Positions 23,758 through 37,322 of a stretch of 64,000 bases of DNA are shown here, one piece after another. A model generated the notes under the pieces. That model saw only the letters and a list, made by a program, of their open reading frames with translations. It was not told the origin of the DNA and searched no databases. The translations under genes and the position numbers were made by a program. The number at the start of each line of letters is the position of its first letter. Positions within the stretch are counted from its first letter, which is position 1. The stretch is from Octopus vulgaris (Eukaryota): positions 145,886,001 to 145,950,000 of the forward strand of contig OX597817.1 in the NCBI GenBank assembly GCA_951406725.2, read 5' to 3'.

Positions 23758-26618
23758 CCTTCATTATCATCAGCAGCAACATTTTATGCACGTTTTCCGA
23801 TGCTTGCAAGTTGATCAGATCTTCTAGCACAGCATCTCACCAATTGTTTGCAGTCTATTGTTAGCTTCCTGAGATCAGTCTTCACCACTTCTACCCATGC
23901 CTTCCCCTACTGTAGTTTCCCTTTATTTGGACCTTTTGGCACTTTTTACCCAGCTATCATCTTTCATATACATTCAATAATATATCTGTATCAATACAGT
24001 TTCCTCTCTGCTACACTACTTAGCAGTGATTATTCCGGTTCTTTACATTCTAAGTTCAAATATCGCGGAGTTCAGCTTTACATTCTATTGTTTTGGGATT
24101 TATAAAATACGATAGTATCAAGTACTAGTGTTAATATGTGTTTCTAGCTCCACACCCCCAAATTTCACATCTTGTTTAACTCAACATTGGGAGTGGTGTT
24201 GCTTTCGTCATAAGAATTTAAAAACTTCTAGAACATGTGAAATGATACTCTTTTGCATACTTCGTGATGCGATGCACTTAAAATTGAAATTATTTCATGC
24301 TTACTTGACATTTACGCATGAAGTATTGTTTAACGTCCGCTTTCCATGCTGGCAGGGGTTGGATGGTTTGACTGAGGGCTGGCAAACTAGAAGACTGCAC
24401 CAGGCTCCAATCTGATCTGGCAAAGTTTCTACAGCTGGATGCCCTTCCTAACGCCAACAACTCCAAGAGTGTAGTGGGTGCTTTTTATGTGCCACCAGCA
24501 TGAGGTCCAGTCAGGCGGTACTGGCATCGACCACGCTTGAATGGTGCTTTTTACATGCCACTAGTACTGGAGCTAGTCAGGCAGTACTGGCAACGACCAC
24601 ACTTCAGTGGTACTTCTTATGTGCCACCAGCACATGAATCCAATAGTCGGTACAAGAATTTGGCAACCTTATTCACTGTCCATGGAAGAGGAAATTCTTC
24701 TAAATCTGGCCCCTAATAGAGCATGCTCACCTCATTTCTTTCCATGCGATGTTGAACTTTGTCCTTCATTCTGAAGGAGAATTTCTTTGTTGCCAATTCA
24801 TGTAGTAGATCCCTGATCTTTTCTCACCCTGGCTGTTTTACTTTTACAAAACATATCCACAGATAATTAGACGGATGCTAAATCACCTGTAAAGGATTTT
24901 GTTAACAAAAATAAGGTGCAACAGTTAAAAATGGATTGAAATCAAATTCTGAATGTTTGTCTTGCAGAAATTGCTCCCCTTCGACTAATCCCTTCTGATT
25001 ACGTTATATTCCCTGGCAAAGCTATTTCCGAGAAAACATTTGGAAATTAAAACAAGTTTTTTTTCTCAGTATATAGCTAGAATACACTGCTGCTTACTAG
25101 GCCAACATCTCACCTTTCATATCTTTATCTTGTCTTTGCCACCTGAATAAAGGCTAACAAATCCTCTGGAGCTCTTACATTCATTAGCATAATAGTGTCA
25201 ACCTATGGCTTTTGAACTTATTTCTGTAAATATGTACCTTGAGTCATGGAATCATTCTATCTTGCACTTCCAATGTCAAGAACATCACTGTATCCAGAAA
25301 TCTTGTCTTTTTTTTTTACACTTGACCCGTTTAATACTAACCTGCTCGAGATTATCCCTAAGATACAAATTCCTTTTTAAAAGTGATCTAAAATAAAACT
25401 TTCTGTTTGAATGTTAATTTAGATTTCCAACACCAGCTTTTAATGACAAAGTTAATTTAATGAATTCTTCAGTACTTTCAAAATTAATTGAAACAAATGT
25501 AGATAGAAGTTTGCTTCCCAGCCACATGGTTCCGGGTTCAGTCCCACTGTGTGGCACCTTCAGCAAGTGTCTTCTACTATAGCCTCAGGCCGACCAAAGC
25601 CTTGTGAGTAGATTTGGTAGACGTAAACTAAAAAAAGCCTAAATACATACATGCATACATATATATATGTATTTGTGTGTCTGTGTTTGTCCCCCCAACA
25701 TCGCTTGACCACCGATGCTGGTGTGTTTACATCCCTGTAACTTAGCAGTCCAGCAAAATCAAGCAATAGAATAAGGTACTAGACTTACAAAGAATAAGTC
25801 CTGGGGTCGATTTCTTCGATTAAAAGTGGTGCTCCAGCATGGCCTCAGTCAAATGACTGAAACAAGTAAAAGAATAAAAGAATATATTATTACAGAAAGG
25901 TTAAAATCTAGAGATGCTAGGGCTTAGCTATCTTCCTAGGCTTTATCATGGTTCAGAGACAAAATTTAAATATTTTTATTAACATTAAGATGCAGACATA
26001 AACATGTCATTGACCAATCCACTTTGTAACCATGTGGTTCTTCATTTTTTTATTGTTTTATTTTTGTGATAAGTAGCTTGCTTACCAACCACATGGTTCC
26101 AGGTTCAGTCCTACTGCGTGACACCTTGGGCAAGTGTTTTCTACTATAGCCTCAGGCCAACCAAAGCCTTACGAGTGAATTTGGTAGATGAAAACTGAAA
26201 GAAGTCCGTCGTATATATATGTGTGTTTGTGTCTGTGTTTGTCCCCACAACATCGCTTAACAACCGATGTTGGTATATTTACGTCCCCGTAACTTAGCAG
26301 TTCAGCAAAAGAAATATCGATAGAATAAGTACTAGGCTTACAAAGAATGTCTTAGGATCGACTAAAGGCGGTGCTCCAGCATGGCTGCAGTCAAATGACT
26401 GAAATAAGTAAAAGAATAAAAGAATATGGTGCAGTCATGAGGAAATATTACCTTGCTCAGATACAGTTGAGGGTTGGTGACAGGAAGGTCATCCTGGTCA
26501 TAGAAAATCCATCTTAAATTCTGTCCGACCCAAGCAAGCAAGGAAAAGTGGACGTTAAAAAAAAAAAGTGTAAACAACAACAACAATTATAAAATCTGTC
26601 TCTCTTAATTTTTTGCAG

Positions 26619-26671
26619 CCCTCGGGTTTCCAGACTACACAGGATTACTTGCTTTACATTCTGAAATCATG
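26619..26671 (+). CDS. FBXO7: FBXO7-like exon 7 (F-box start)
   Basis: ALGFPDYTGLLALHSEIM matches ALNLPDVFGLVVLPLELK. ttgcag| acceptor and |GTTAGT donor. Confidence 0.9.
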
Positions 26672-27896
26672 GTTAGTACATTTTTGCTAATTTCTTTTCA
26701 ACATTAATGTCCTGTTATCATTTCATAAAATTCCAGCAACAAAGAATATTAATCCTTATTGTCCATGTAATGCCAGTGCCCCACCTTAGCTACAGTTTGC
26801 TAGTAAAAGAGTATTTATATATGTATGGAGACCACTCTGTTGCAAGCATTTGAGCCAGGACTCCAATTTGAAACTATCTTCCTTCCTCTCTTCCACCAAC
26901 CTCAAAGGCCTTGTAAAATGCTATGGGCACTACCCATCCCTCCTGATTAAAGGGATATGAAAAAGCTAGACATAATATTTGGTCAGCAAGTAGTGATTGC
27001 AAGATTATGATTCTGTTGTTTTAAAGAGGAATCTTGTTTCTGTTGGATGTTTTACTTCCTAGTCACTTCATTAAGTTTCTGTTTATACAATCCAAAATAT
27101 ATTAAAATAGCTGTTCTCATTACTGTTGATCGAGTTCTGATTACATTGCAGCTTTGAGAAGCTTTACAAATAATAAAACTAGAAGCTTTTATAATAAGGT
27201 TTGAGGCTTTCACACTGAATGTTTACAATACTTAAGGCTTTTTCTCCATGCATATAAACAACAACTTTCATCATCATCATATATCCATTTTCTGTGCTAG
27301 CACAGGTTGGACGGTTCGACCAGGGTCTGGGAAGCCAGGAGGCTGCACCAGGCTCCAGTTTGATCTGGCAGTGTTTCTACAGCTGGATGCTCTTCCTAAC
27401 GCCAACCACTCCATGAGTGTAGTGGGTGCTTTTTACGTGCCACCGGCAGAGGTACCAGGGGAGGCTGGCAGTGGCCACAATCGGTCGGTGCTTTTTACGT
27501 GCCACCGGCACAGAAGCCAGTCAAGGCGTCGCTGGCATCAGTCACATTCGGATGGTGCTTTTTACGTGTCACTGGCAGAAAACTAGGGGCTTGTTCATAC
27601 ATTTATTTTTCACACTCCAAGTGGAAGAAAAGGATGAAAAGTTATGAAAGATCAGAAGAGATGTGTAAGCATTCTTAAAACAAAAATTCTCAACTTCTAG
27701 CCTTATATCTTAAGTAGAATTGATATATCTCTTATAGGAAATGTGCCAACCACCCAATCACCTGCCAATCAGGTAAACACAAAACCTGATAGATTTTATT
27801 CTCAACAGGAAATAAGATTTTGAAATCCAAATCTGTTGCAACAATAAGAGAGGAATCCCTGTTGAGTTATGTCTTTTCTTTTCTTTTGTGAAACAG

Positions 27897-28020
27897 CTAA
27901 ACATCATGAGTCACCTTGATGTGAAAAGCCTCTCAAAATTTAGTCAAGTCTGTCGACATTTATGGATTTTAAGTCAAGATAACCTTTTATGGAGGACATT
28001 GTGCCAAAGAGACTTCAAAG
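27897..28020 (+). CDS. FBXO7: FBXO7-like exon 8 (F-box)
   Basis: LNIMSHLDVKSLSKFSQVCRHLWILSQDNLLWRTLCQRDFK follows the F-box consensus. Donor G|GTAAGT. Confidence 0.95.
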
Positions 28021-30077
28021 GTAAGTTGAATGAAAGTTAAAAAGACCATCGTCATCACTGGTTCTCAACTAGGGTCCATTTAAGATTTCATTAAAATATA
28101 TTTTGCTTACGAACCTCATGGTTCTGGGTTCAGTCCCACTGCATGGCATCTTGGGCAGGTGTCTTCTATAGCCTCGGGCTGACCAAAGCCTTGTAAGTGG
28201 ATTTGGTAGACGGAAACTGAAAGAAGCCCGTTGTATGTATGTGTATATATATATATATATATGTACTTGTGTGTATATGTTTGTCCCCCAACATTGCTTG
28301 ACAACCGATGCTGGTGTGTTTACGTTCCCGTAACTTAGCAGTTCGGCAAAAAGAAACTGATAGAATAAGTACTAGGCTTGCAAAGAATAAGTCCTGGGGT
28401 CGATTTGCTCGACTAAAGGTGGTGCTCCAGCATGGCCACAGTCACATGACTGAAGCAAGTAAAAGCATAAAGACTAATTAATCGATTATAGTTTTACGAT
28501 ACACAAAATACATGAACAATGTTTTTAACACAATTCCTAATTGATTTTAATATCCACTTTTCCATGCTTACGTGGATTGGATGGAGCTAATTGAAAAAGA
28601 TTCTCGATAGCCAGATGCCTTTCCTGTCACTAACACTTACATGTTTCAAGCAAGGTAGTATTTTACCATGTCCAGACCAGACATGTTATTGCAACATATT
28701 GGAAATGAATGACATTGTTTCTATGACAGAACATTCATTTACATCTATCATATGAGATGTCGATATAAGGAGACACACACACATATATATCTAATAGGAT
28801 TCTTTCAGTTTCCATCTGCTGAATCTACTTACAAACTTTAGTTGGCCTGGAGCTATAATATATGACATTTGCCTGAGGTGACATGTTGGGGAACTGAACC
28901 CGAAACTGCGTGTTTGTCAAGTGATGGTGGGGGACAAAAACAAACATACATAAGTACGTACACACACACACACATATATATATACATACATACATACATA
29001 CACACGCGATGAGCTTCTTTCAGTTTCTGTCTACCAAATTCACTCACAAGGCTTTGGTTCACCCATGGCTATAGTAGGAAACACCCAAGGTGCTACACAG
29101 TGGGACTCAACCTGGAATCATGTGGTTGGGAAACCAGCTTCTTACCACACAGCTACTCCTTGTTGATTGTGTTTCAATTATATAGAATTACCCACATTTT
29201 AACATAAAAGTTTGGACAGAACTGCAATTCCACCAGCTTAATCTCTTTCTGATCACACTCTGCCCTCTGTGAAAAACAATATATTAGATAATATAGTCCT
29301 AGATAGACTGTGGCTGAAAATATTACTGGAAGGTCATGGCTAGAACACTCAGGGCTGCTCAGTCTGGGTTGAGCTTTGAGTAAACAAGCATACAATATTC
29401 ACTTTATACTGCAACACAACAGGTGTCCCATCCAGAATATATCTACTCCCTGGACAGGAGTAAATATATTCATCATGGAAACCAAGAAACCAACCGTGTG
29501 AGTCTATATGATTCAGAAAGGATCTCCTCTATTATCATTCACTGTATGGTTATCTCATCATAATCATCATCATCGTTTAAAATCCACTTTCCATGCTAGC
29601 ATGGGTTGGACAATTTGTTTGAGGACTGGTGAACTAGATGGCTGCACCAGGCTCCAATCTGATCTGGCAGAGTTTCTACAGCTGGATGCCCTTCCTAACG
29701 CCAACCACTCCGAGAGTGTAGTGGGTGCTTTTACGTGCCGTCGGGCGGTACTGGCAATGGCCACACTCAAATGGTGTTTTTTACATGCTACCTGCACAGG
29801 AGCCAGTCCAGTGGCACTGGCAACGACCTCGCTCGAATGTTTTTTCACATGCCACCAGCACAAGTGCCAGTAAGGCGACGCTGGTAACAATCACGCTCAA
29901 ATGGTGCCCGTGTGTCAATAAGTGCAAATTACTTTGCTCTTTGCCAAATTCTCACAAGAAATATCCCCAATTCAGTTTTATGGGGACAGGGTTCTTGGCA
30001 TTTTTTGTTTACTACAATGTCCTTTTTTGAAATTACTATTATTGTCTTTATCTAAATGGACTTCAAATCTTTTTCAG

Positions 30078-30115
30078 GATGTGACACAACAGATGTTGCT
30101 AATGACTGGAGAAAA
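30078..30115 (+). CDS. FBXO7: FBXO7-like exon 9 (38 nt)
   Basis: ttttcag|..CDTTDVANDWRK|GTAAGT contains the DWK-like motif that follows the F-box. Phases 1-0 fit. Confidence 0.88.
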
Positions 30116-30348
30116 GTAAGTCTCTAATAATAATAATTCTTTCTACTAAAGGCACAAGGCCTGAAATTCAAGGGAGGGAGATTATCGATTAGATTGACCC
30201 CAGTGCATAACTGGTACTTCATTTATTGACCCTGAAAGAATGACAGGCAAAGTTGACCTCAGCAGAATTTGAACTCAGAACATAGCGACAGATGAAATAC
30301 TGCTAAGCATTTTGCCTGGCATGCTAACGATTCTGCCAGCTCGCTGCC

Positions 30349-30380
<32 letters not shown>

Positions 30381-31436
30381 CCTTTCTATTAAAGGCACAA
30401 GGCCTGAAAACTAGTCAGTTGTGTACTGACTCCAGTACACAACTGGTACTTAATTTATCAACTCTGAAAAAATGAAAAGCAAAGTCTACGTCAGTGGAAT
30501 TTGAACTCAGAATGTAAAGCCATAAGAAATGCTGCCAAGCATTTTGTTTGATATACTCACAATTCTGCCATCTTGTCACTTTATTTCATCCTCATCATCA
30601 TCATTTAACATTCGTTTTCCATGCTGATATGGGTTGGACGGTTTGACTGGAGACTGGCAGTCCAGGAGGCCACACCAGGCTCCAATCTGATCTGGCAATG
30701 TTTCTACAGCTGGATGCCCTTCCTAATGCCAACCACTCCAAGAGTGTAGTGGGTGCTTTTTATGTGCCACCGGCACGGGAGCCAGTCAGGCGGCACTGGC
30801 ATTGGCCTTGTTAGGATGGTGCTTTTTACATGCTACCAGCACAGGAGCCAGTTCAGGCTAGCATCAACCACATTCAGATGGTGCTTTTTACGTGCCACTG
30901 CACAGGGAGCCAGTCAGGCAGCACTGGCAACGACCCACGCATTTCATAATAATAATCCTAATTTTCGACTGTAGGGCACCTTTGGCAATGATTCTGCCAG
31001 CTCAGTCTTACCCCAGCTTTATAATTGACAACAATTTTACTAAATTCTGAAGTTGATTTTTGCATTCCATCCTTTTGGGGGTCAATAAAATAAATACAAG
31101 TTGAGCAGTGGGGTCAAAGTAACCAACTCGTCCCCACCCCTGTAATTGCTGGCCTTGTGCCCAAATTCAAAACCAATGTTGATATTTCTTCTAATCAATA
31201 TAATAGCTTGCCAGCATCACCAGGTAAGTAGATAAACTCCAGGATCTACCAATTAGTTTAAATAATTACATTTTGTTATCATTCCTTATTTAACTCAAAT
31301 TATATTCCACTCACAAATTAAAAAATAAGCTGGAGGAAGTTGTTTAAGTTTCCAATATTCTATGCAAGTTGATTTTTTCTTTTTCTTTTTTTTTTTTTTT
31401 TTGTTATGCTTAACAATGAAAATATTTTCTCCACAG

Positions 31437-31608
31437 AAATATAAGGGACTGTATCAGTCTCAGAAACGAACTGAAGTGTTGCGAGGTCCACTAAATCCTT
31501 TGTGCTTCCAGATGCCTCATCCTTTTTGCTTCCCCCCTCCCGCACCACAGCCATCACCTTTCTCAACTATTGGCGGAGACTATGACCTACAACCAGCGTA
31601 CTTTAGCA
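31437..31608 (+). CDS. FBXO7: FBXO7-like exon 10 (Pro-rich region)
   Basis: KYKGLY...PPPAPQPSPFSTIGGDYDLQP contains the FBXO7/PI31 IGGxYD motif. Donor A|GTAAGT. Confidence 0.9.
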
Positions 31609-32799
31609 GTAAGTATGTTTCTGGATAATTTTATCTGTGTATTAGAAGATGCAGGAAATTATTTAGGGAGGGGAATAAACTGAAATATGGCTCACTTGCT
31701 CAGTTAACTGTCGGTCTTCATCATTGTTTAACATCTGTTTTCCATGCTGGCATGGGTTGGACGGTTTGACTGAGGTCTGGAGAGCTGGTGGCTGCACCAG
31801 GCTCCAATCTGATCTGGCAATGTTTCTACAGCTGGATGACCATCCTAATGCTAACCACTCTGAGAGTGTAGTGGGTGCTTGTTATGTGCCACCAGCACAG
31901 GAGCCAGTCAAGCAAGCCTGGCATCAACTATGGTGCTTTTTGCATGCTACCGGCATGGGAGCCTGTCAGGGGGAACTGGACACAGCTACGATATTGGTTT
32001 TACTTCTCAAGCATATCATATCACCCAACGCATCAGGAGTATTCTCAACAGGGCCAGACATGCGTGGCTGCGATCTCACTTTAGTTACCGGGCCTTCTCA
32101 ATCTATCTGCTGAAGAAAGGACTGAGTGCACCAGAGATGCTTGAAAATGCAGACATAACTGTGTGATTTTAAGAAGTTTACTTTGCACTTAGGTGTTGAG
32201 AGTTCAGTCCCACTGTGCAACACTTTAGGCAATGTCTCCTACTATCCAAAACCTTGTAAATGGCATTTGGTAGATGGAAACTGTGTAAAAGCCCATCACA
32301 GAGTTAGCAGAAGTTCGCCATTACCTTCTGCTGGTAGACTTAATCCATCATTCAGTTTACCACTACCTCCTGGTCCTTTCAGGGTCGATAAATTAAGTAC
32401 CAGTTACTCACTGGGGTCAATATAATCGACTTAATCCATTTGTTTGTCCTCTCTGTGTTTAGCCCCTTGTGGGTAGTAAAGAAATAGGTATTTCATCTGT
32501 CTTTACGTTCTGAGTTCAAATTCCACCGAGGTTGACTTTGCCTTTCATCCTTTCAGGGTCAATAAATTAAGTACCGGTTACGCACTGGGGTCGATGTAAT
32601 CGACTTAATCCATTTGTCTGTCCTTGTTTGTCCCCTCTATGTTTAGCCCCATATGGGTAAGAAAGAAATAAGAAACCACAGGCTTTTACCAAATTTACCC
32701 CCCTCTGGGGAAACAAAAAATGGCTTAATTTTTTTAGCAAAATGAGAGTACGTTGGATATAATCAGCTTTTAAAATTCAGTTTTAACTATCTTTTGCAG

Positions 32800-32834
32800 C
32801 CAGGTCAAGACTCTTCCGAGATCCATTCATGTAG
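32800..32834 (+). CDS. FBXO7: FBXO7-like last coding exon
   Basis: ttttgcag|CC AGG...TRSRLFRDPFM*. Phase 1 fits, and the FM-stop ending resembles vertebrate FBXO7. An AT-rich 3'UTR with AATAAA follows. Confidence 0.75.
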
Positions 32835-33120
32835 GCAATATCAGAAAAGTAAGTCTACTTCAATTACTACTCACTGAGATCAAAGAAGATGAAGAAACTT
32901 TCTTTTTTTCCATCAGTTTTCAAACCCAGATAATCCTTGCAATAAAATATTAATTTTATTATTGATTTATGTAATTTATGATTTTTTTTGTTTTGTACAC
33001 AGTTTACCAGGTTTGGTATTGTTTGTAATCTCAGAATGTAAATAACCTCAGTTGCTTTTCATGTAAAATATATTGTTAACTCATGATGACTACTGTAAAT
33101 ATATAAATGCAACATTGTGT

Positions 33121-33126
33121 AATAAA
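33121..33126 (+). terminator. Candidate FBXO7 polyadenylation signal (an alternative AATAAA lies at 32941)
   Basis: AATAAA followed by a U-rich downstream tract, about 290 nt after the stop codon. Confidence 0.5.
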
Positions 33127-33534
33127 GTTTATTTATCTTAGTTTTTATCTTATTTTATTTTAATACAGGTTTCCAATGGGTCAGTCATTGATTCATTACA
33201 TTTCGGACAGTGAGAATTATAAAGGGAGTGCCTGTAACTAAGTGCAGAACAAATATTGTAATGGGTTTTGTTCAAAGAGCACTGACTTTTTTCTTCACCA
33301 AAATTTACATGGAGACACACACAAGTCTTCTTTCAGTTTCCATCAAATGAATTCACTCATAAGGCTTTGGTTAGCCTGGGGCTGTAGAAGACACTTGCCC
33401 AAGGTGCCATACACCTGAAACTCTTTATCAACCAGTTGACTGCTCTTCCTACTGTTTTTTAAATGAACAGTGAAAGAATAGTGTCTATTGTAAGCCAAAG
33501 CTATGGACCTTGTTTCCCAATACAATAACTGCAC

Positions 33535-33815
33535 GGAGGCACATGGCCTAGTGGTTAGAGCAGCAGTCGAGGGGTCGTGGGTTCAAATCTCAGACTGGGT
33601 GATGTGTGTGTTTATGAGCGAAACACCTAAGCTCCATGTGGCTCCAGCAGAAGGTAATGGCGAACTTCTGCTAACTCTTTTGCCACAACTTTCACTTACT
33701 CTTTCCCCCTGCATCTTGCAGCTCACCTGTGACGGACTGGCATCCCATCCAGGTGGGGAACCTATACGCCAAGGAAACCGGCCCTTATGAGCCAGGCATA
33801 GCTCAAGAAGGAACA
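33535..33815 (+). mobile_element. tRNA-derived SINE family E (inverted copy at about 17165-17441)
   Basis: Head GGAGGCACATGGCCTAGTGGTTAGAGC...GGTTCAAATC; the reverse-complement copy is in FBXO7 intron 3. Confidence 0.8.
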
Positions 33816-34691
33816 CAATAACTGTGACAAGGTTTGATTTCCTGATTATTTTATCTGGTTTATTTTCAGTTCTATTCTACAAAAATTTTATCTGGGCAAG
33901 ACAGCGTTAGCTTGTTCTATAAATTCAAATATTTCCTGGATTTTTTGGATCAGATTTTAGAATTTATCTTGTAAACACCTTTCTTCTAGAGTCATGTGAT
34001 TAGCAATTGAATCGATACCTCACTAAAGAAATTTTACTTTTCATCTTTTAATCAGGAGGGGAAACCGGCACCCATGACCTTTTAAAGGGCCTCTGAGGCT
34101 GGTGGAATGGAAGGAGAGAGTGGGAGTGGATTCTGAAACCTGGCTCAAATGTTTGTAAGAGAATGGACTCTGCTAAAGGCACTCAAGACACCAGATTATG
34201 TCTACAATCCCAGTAAGCTATGGCAGGATTTCAAACGCAACACAAAGAACCACAACAACCAGCACAAGGAATCGACCATAGCACTTTTTCTGTTGACCCC
34301 TAAAAAGATGAAAGCAAAATTTACCTTGGTGCGATCTGAATTCAGTGTCAGGTGTCAGAAGAAATATTACAAAGTACCTATTTCTTTACTACCCACAAGG
34401 GGCTAAACACAGAGGGAACTAACAAGGATAGACAAACGGATTAAGTCGATTATATCGACACCAGTGTGTAACTGGTACTTATTTAATCGACCTCAGAACG
34501 CAGTGGCGGACGAAATACCGCTAAGCATTTCGCCCTGCGGCCCAACATTTCTGCCATCTCGCAAAGTACCTTATCAGTATGCTAATGACTCCTCCAACTC
34601 GCTGCTGACATAAATCACTATCACAATACTTTATCTCTAAAATGGTCTATATTCCAAATGAAACATGCCTAATTAAATAACATTAATTGTT

Positions 34692-34697
34692 TTTATT
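34692..34697 (-). terminator. Candidate UBA3 polyadenylation signal
   Basis: AATAAA on the minus strand about 150 nt after the stop codon. Confidence 0.45.
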
Positions 34698-34847
34698 AAT
34701 TTATCTAATCCACAGTGAAAAAAAAAAAAAAAAAAAAAAAGGCTTGCATATAAAAATTAGGCAGAAGCAAGTGAAGAAATGTAGAAAAGGATCAACAGAT
34801 CCTAAGAATGTCTTTCGTTTTGGTTTTGGATAATAATGGCAGGCTTC

Positions 34848-34948
34848 TTATTTTTCCATGTGACTCGTCAAGTTTAATTTAAAGGTGATTGATGTGGGTG
34901 TTGTCTGGTCAGCAACATATATTTCTTGACCATTTGTTAAACCAAGCT
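34848..34948 (-). CDS. UBA3: UBA3 last coding exon
   Basis: ELGLTNGQEIYVADQTTPTSITFKLNLTSHMEK*. Confidence 0.95.
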
Positions 34949-35279
34949 CTGAAAAACAAAAGAAAAAATGGTAAAAGTAAGAATTGTTTACATTTAGTTC
35001 TATCAATATTTCTTTTATGTCTGTGAGATGTGGAAGAGCACCATGAAAACTGACAGCTAGATGTGTTCCACCAAAGATACTTGTACTTGTGGCGACATTC
35101 ACCCTGGGCGGGTTGAGTCGGCTTCTTCTACTCATGGAAGAAGTTTCGTGAGAATATGTGGATTTCACAAGCGGTCCCCAACAATCCTGCATGTGGAGAC
35201 ATCCTGTTTGCCGAAGTTCCCAATGGCATAGCTCTGACACTACCCGTTGCCAGTGTCCCCACCACCGTGAGGAGGGGAT

Positions 35280-35600
35280 GGACTTTGGGGCATGTTTGAA
35301 AAGGATTCTTAGAAAGGACTAGTGAGACCACATGACCAATGAAGACATTCTCAAGAGAACCATCACAAGATCACTTACCAAATCATCACGGAATGAAGAT
35401 TAAAAACAAGCAGGTCACATATTCCAGCAACCAGAACAACACCATTCTAAAACAGCTTTCAAATGGACACCACTGGAGGGTAAAAGAAAAGGGGGAAGAC
35501 CGAAAACAGAACATTCATAGCCAACACGAGAGAGGCCAATATCACCATGGCTGGCTGCAGAGAAATAAACCAGTGGCATCAACTTACTGCTCAATGTGCT
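35280..35600 (+). mobile_element. RTE-clade LINE 3' remnant in the last UBA3 intron
   Basis: GHI...KTAFKWTPLEGKRKGGRPKT, the RTE C-terminal GKRxxGRP motif. Confidence 0.6.
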
Positions 35601-37203
35601 CAAGAGAATAGGAGATACTGACATACAGATGTACAGGTTTAAGATTTATAGGAGTGAGGTGAGGATGGGATTAAGCGATGTTCATCCTGTTTTTTTATTT
35701 TTATCTTTTTTTTGTGAATGGTACAAGTGGAGTAGAACAAAATCACTGAGACTCCATAGATATGGATTGCTAGATAGCATACATGGCACTTCCTATAATC
35801 ATAATTTTAATATCCACTTTTCCATGCTTGCATGGATCAGATAGAATTTCATTGAGGCAAACATTTCTTTTGTTTTTTTATGACAAGATGTACATCTTGT
35901 TGCCAGCCCTCATATTTCCCCATGGCCAAATAAATTTGCAGAAGAGATTAGGGAGGGCATCCAGCCATAGAAACCATGCCAAAACAGACAATTGGAGCCC
36001 TGGTGCAGCTCTCCAGCTCCTGTCAAACCATCCAACTCATGCCAGCATAGAAAAAGGACATTAAATGTTGATAATGATGATTTGAAACATGATACTACTT
36101 GAAAAACTGATACTCGTTTATAACAAGGAACCACAAACACACACAACAAGCTTCTTTCAGTTTCTGTCTATCAAAAACACCATTCATCATCATCGTTTAA
36201 CGTCCATGCTGGCATGGGTTGGACGATTTTGACTGAGGGCTGGTGAACCAGATGGCTGCACCAGGCTCCAATCTTGATTTTCTACAGCTGGATGCCCTTC
36301 CTAATGCCAACCACTCCGAGAGTGCAGTGGCTGCTTTTTACGTGCCACCGGCACGGGGGCCAGTTAGGTGGTACTGGCAACGACCTCGCTCGAATCCTTT
36401 TACACATACCACCAGCACAGGTGCCAGTAAGGCAACATTGGTAACGATCATGCTCGAATGTTGCCCTTTTACGTGCCACTGGTACGGAAGCCAGTTGGCT
36501 GCTCTGGCAACGATCACGCTCAGATGGTGTTCTTGGCATCCTACTAGTATGGACACCAGTCATCGAATTGATTTTGCTTGATTTGATTGATTTCATTCCT
36601 GAATTGAAAAAGCCTATTTCTAATCTCCACAAATGATAATCTCACAATCATTACTACCTTCAAAGTATATAACATGGCAATGTTAACATTATTAGTAAAG
36701 TTTAGAAAACGATCTTCATCATTTAATGGCTGTATTTTACGTTGGCATGGGTTGCATGGTTTGTATGGTTTAATAGGATCTGATGGGCCCAAGGGCCACA
36801 TCATGTTCCAGTGTCTGTTTGGCATGGTTTCCGCTGCTGGATGCCCTTCCTAAATAGCAAACACTTTACAGCATGTACAGGGTATGTTTTCATGCCACCA
36901 AGCACCACTGAGGTCACCATGCAACTTGCAAGACTACAAACCTTGAATGAGAAAGAGGAACTTTATGCTGGAAGAGTAAGGAATAGATAGGGGTAAAGTA
37001 GAAGAAATGAAGAGCCAGAGCAGAACGGGTTTCTTGCTGAAGAGGGGCTACATAACCACTCAGATTTTAGAAAAGAGGGAGCTGACAGCTGGAAAGTGAT
37101 ATAAGTAGTAACAAGATGTCAAAGCAGGTGGCAACTGGGATAATCCAATCAGTCAACAATATGTGGAACTAATGAATAAAATTTACATAATTTAGGACCA
37201 TAC

Positions 37204-37322
37204 CTTTTAGTGTTTTCTTCAAGTTGTCTCGCGTCTTTACTTCAATTGATTTTACAGATTTCATGTACAGAGTTTTAGATTTTCCATCAATCACTGTAGT
37301 AATGCCAGGAGATTTCATTTGA
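37204..37322 (-). CDS. UBA3: UBA3 exon (E2-binding UFD)
   Basis: QMKSPGITTVIDGKSKTLYMKSVKSIEVKTRDNLKKTLK. Confidence 0.95.

Noticed and set aside
33535-33600. tRNA gene (also 19120-19190 and the SINE-A/B heads)
   Set aside because: A/B boxes are present, but there is no complete cloverleaf and they run into dispersed SINE bodies.
34718-34740. Poly(A) run as a retrocopy tail
   Set aside because: No upstream element or TSD. It is a U-tract in the UBA3 3'UTR.
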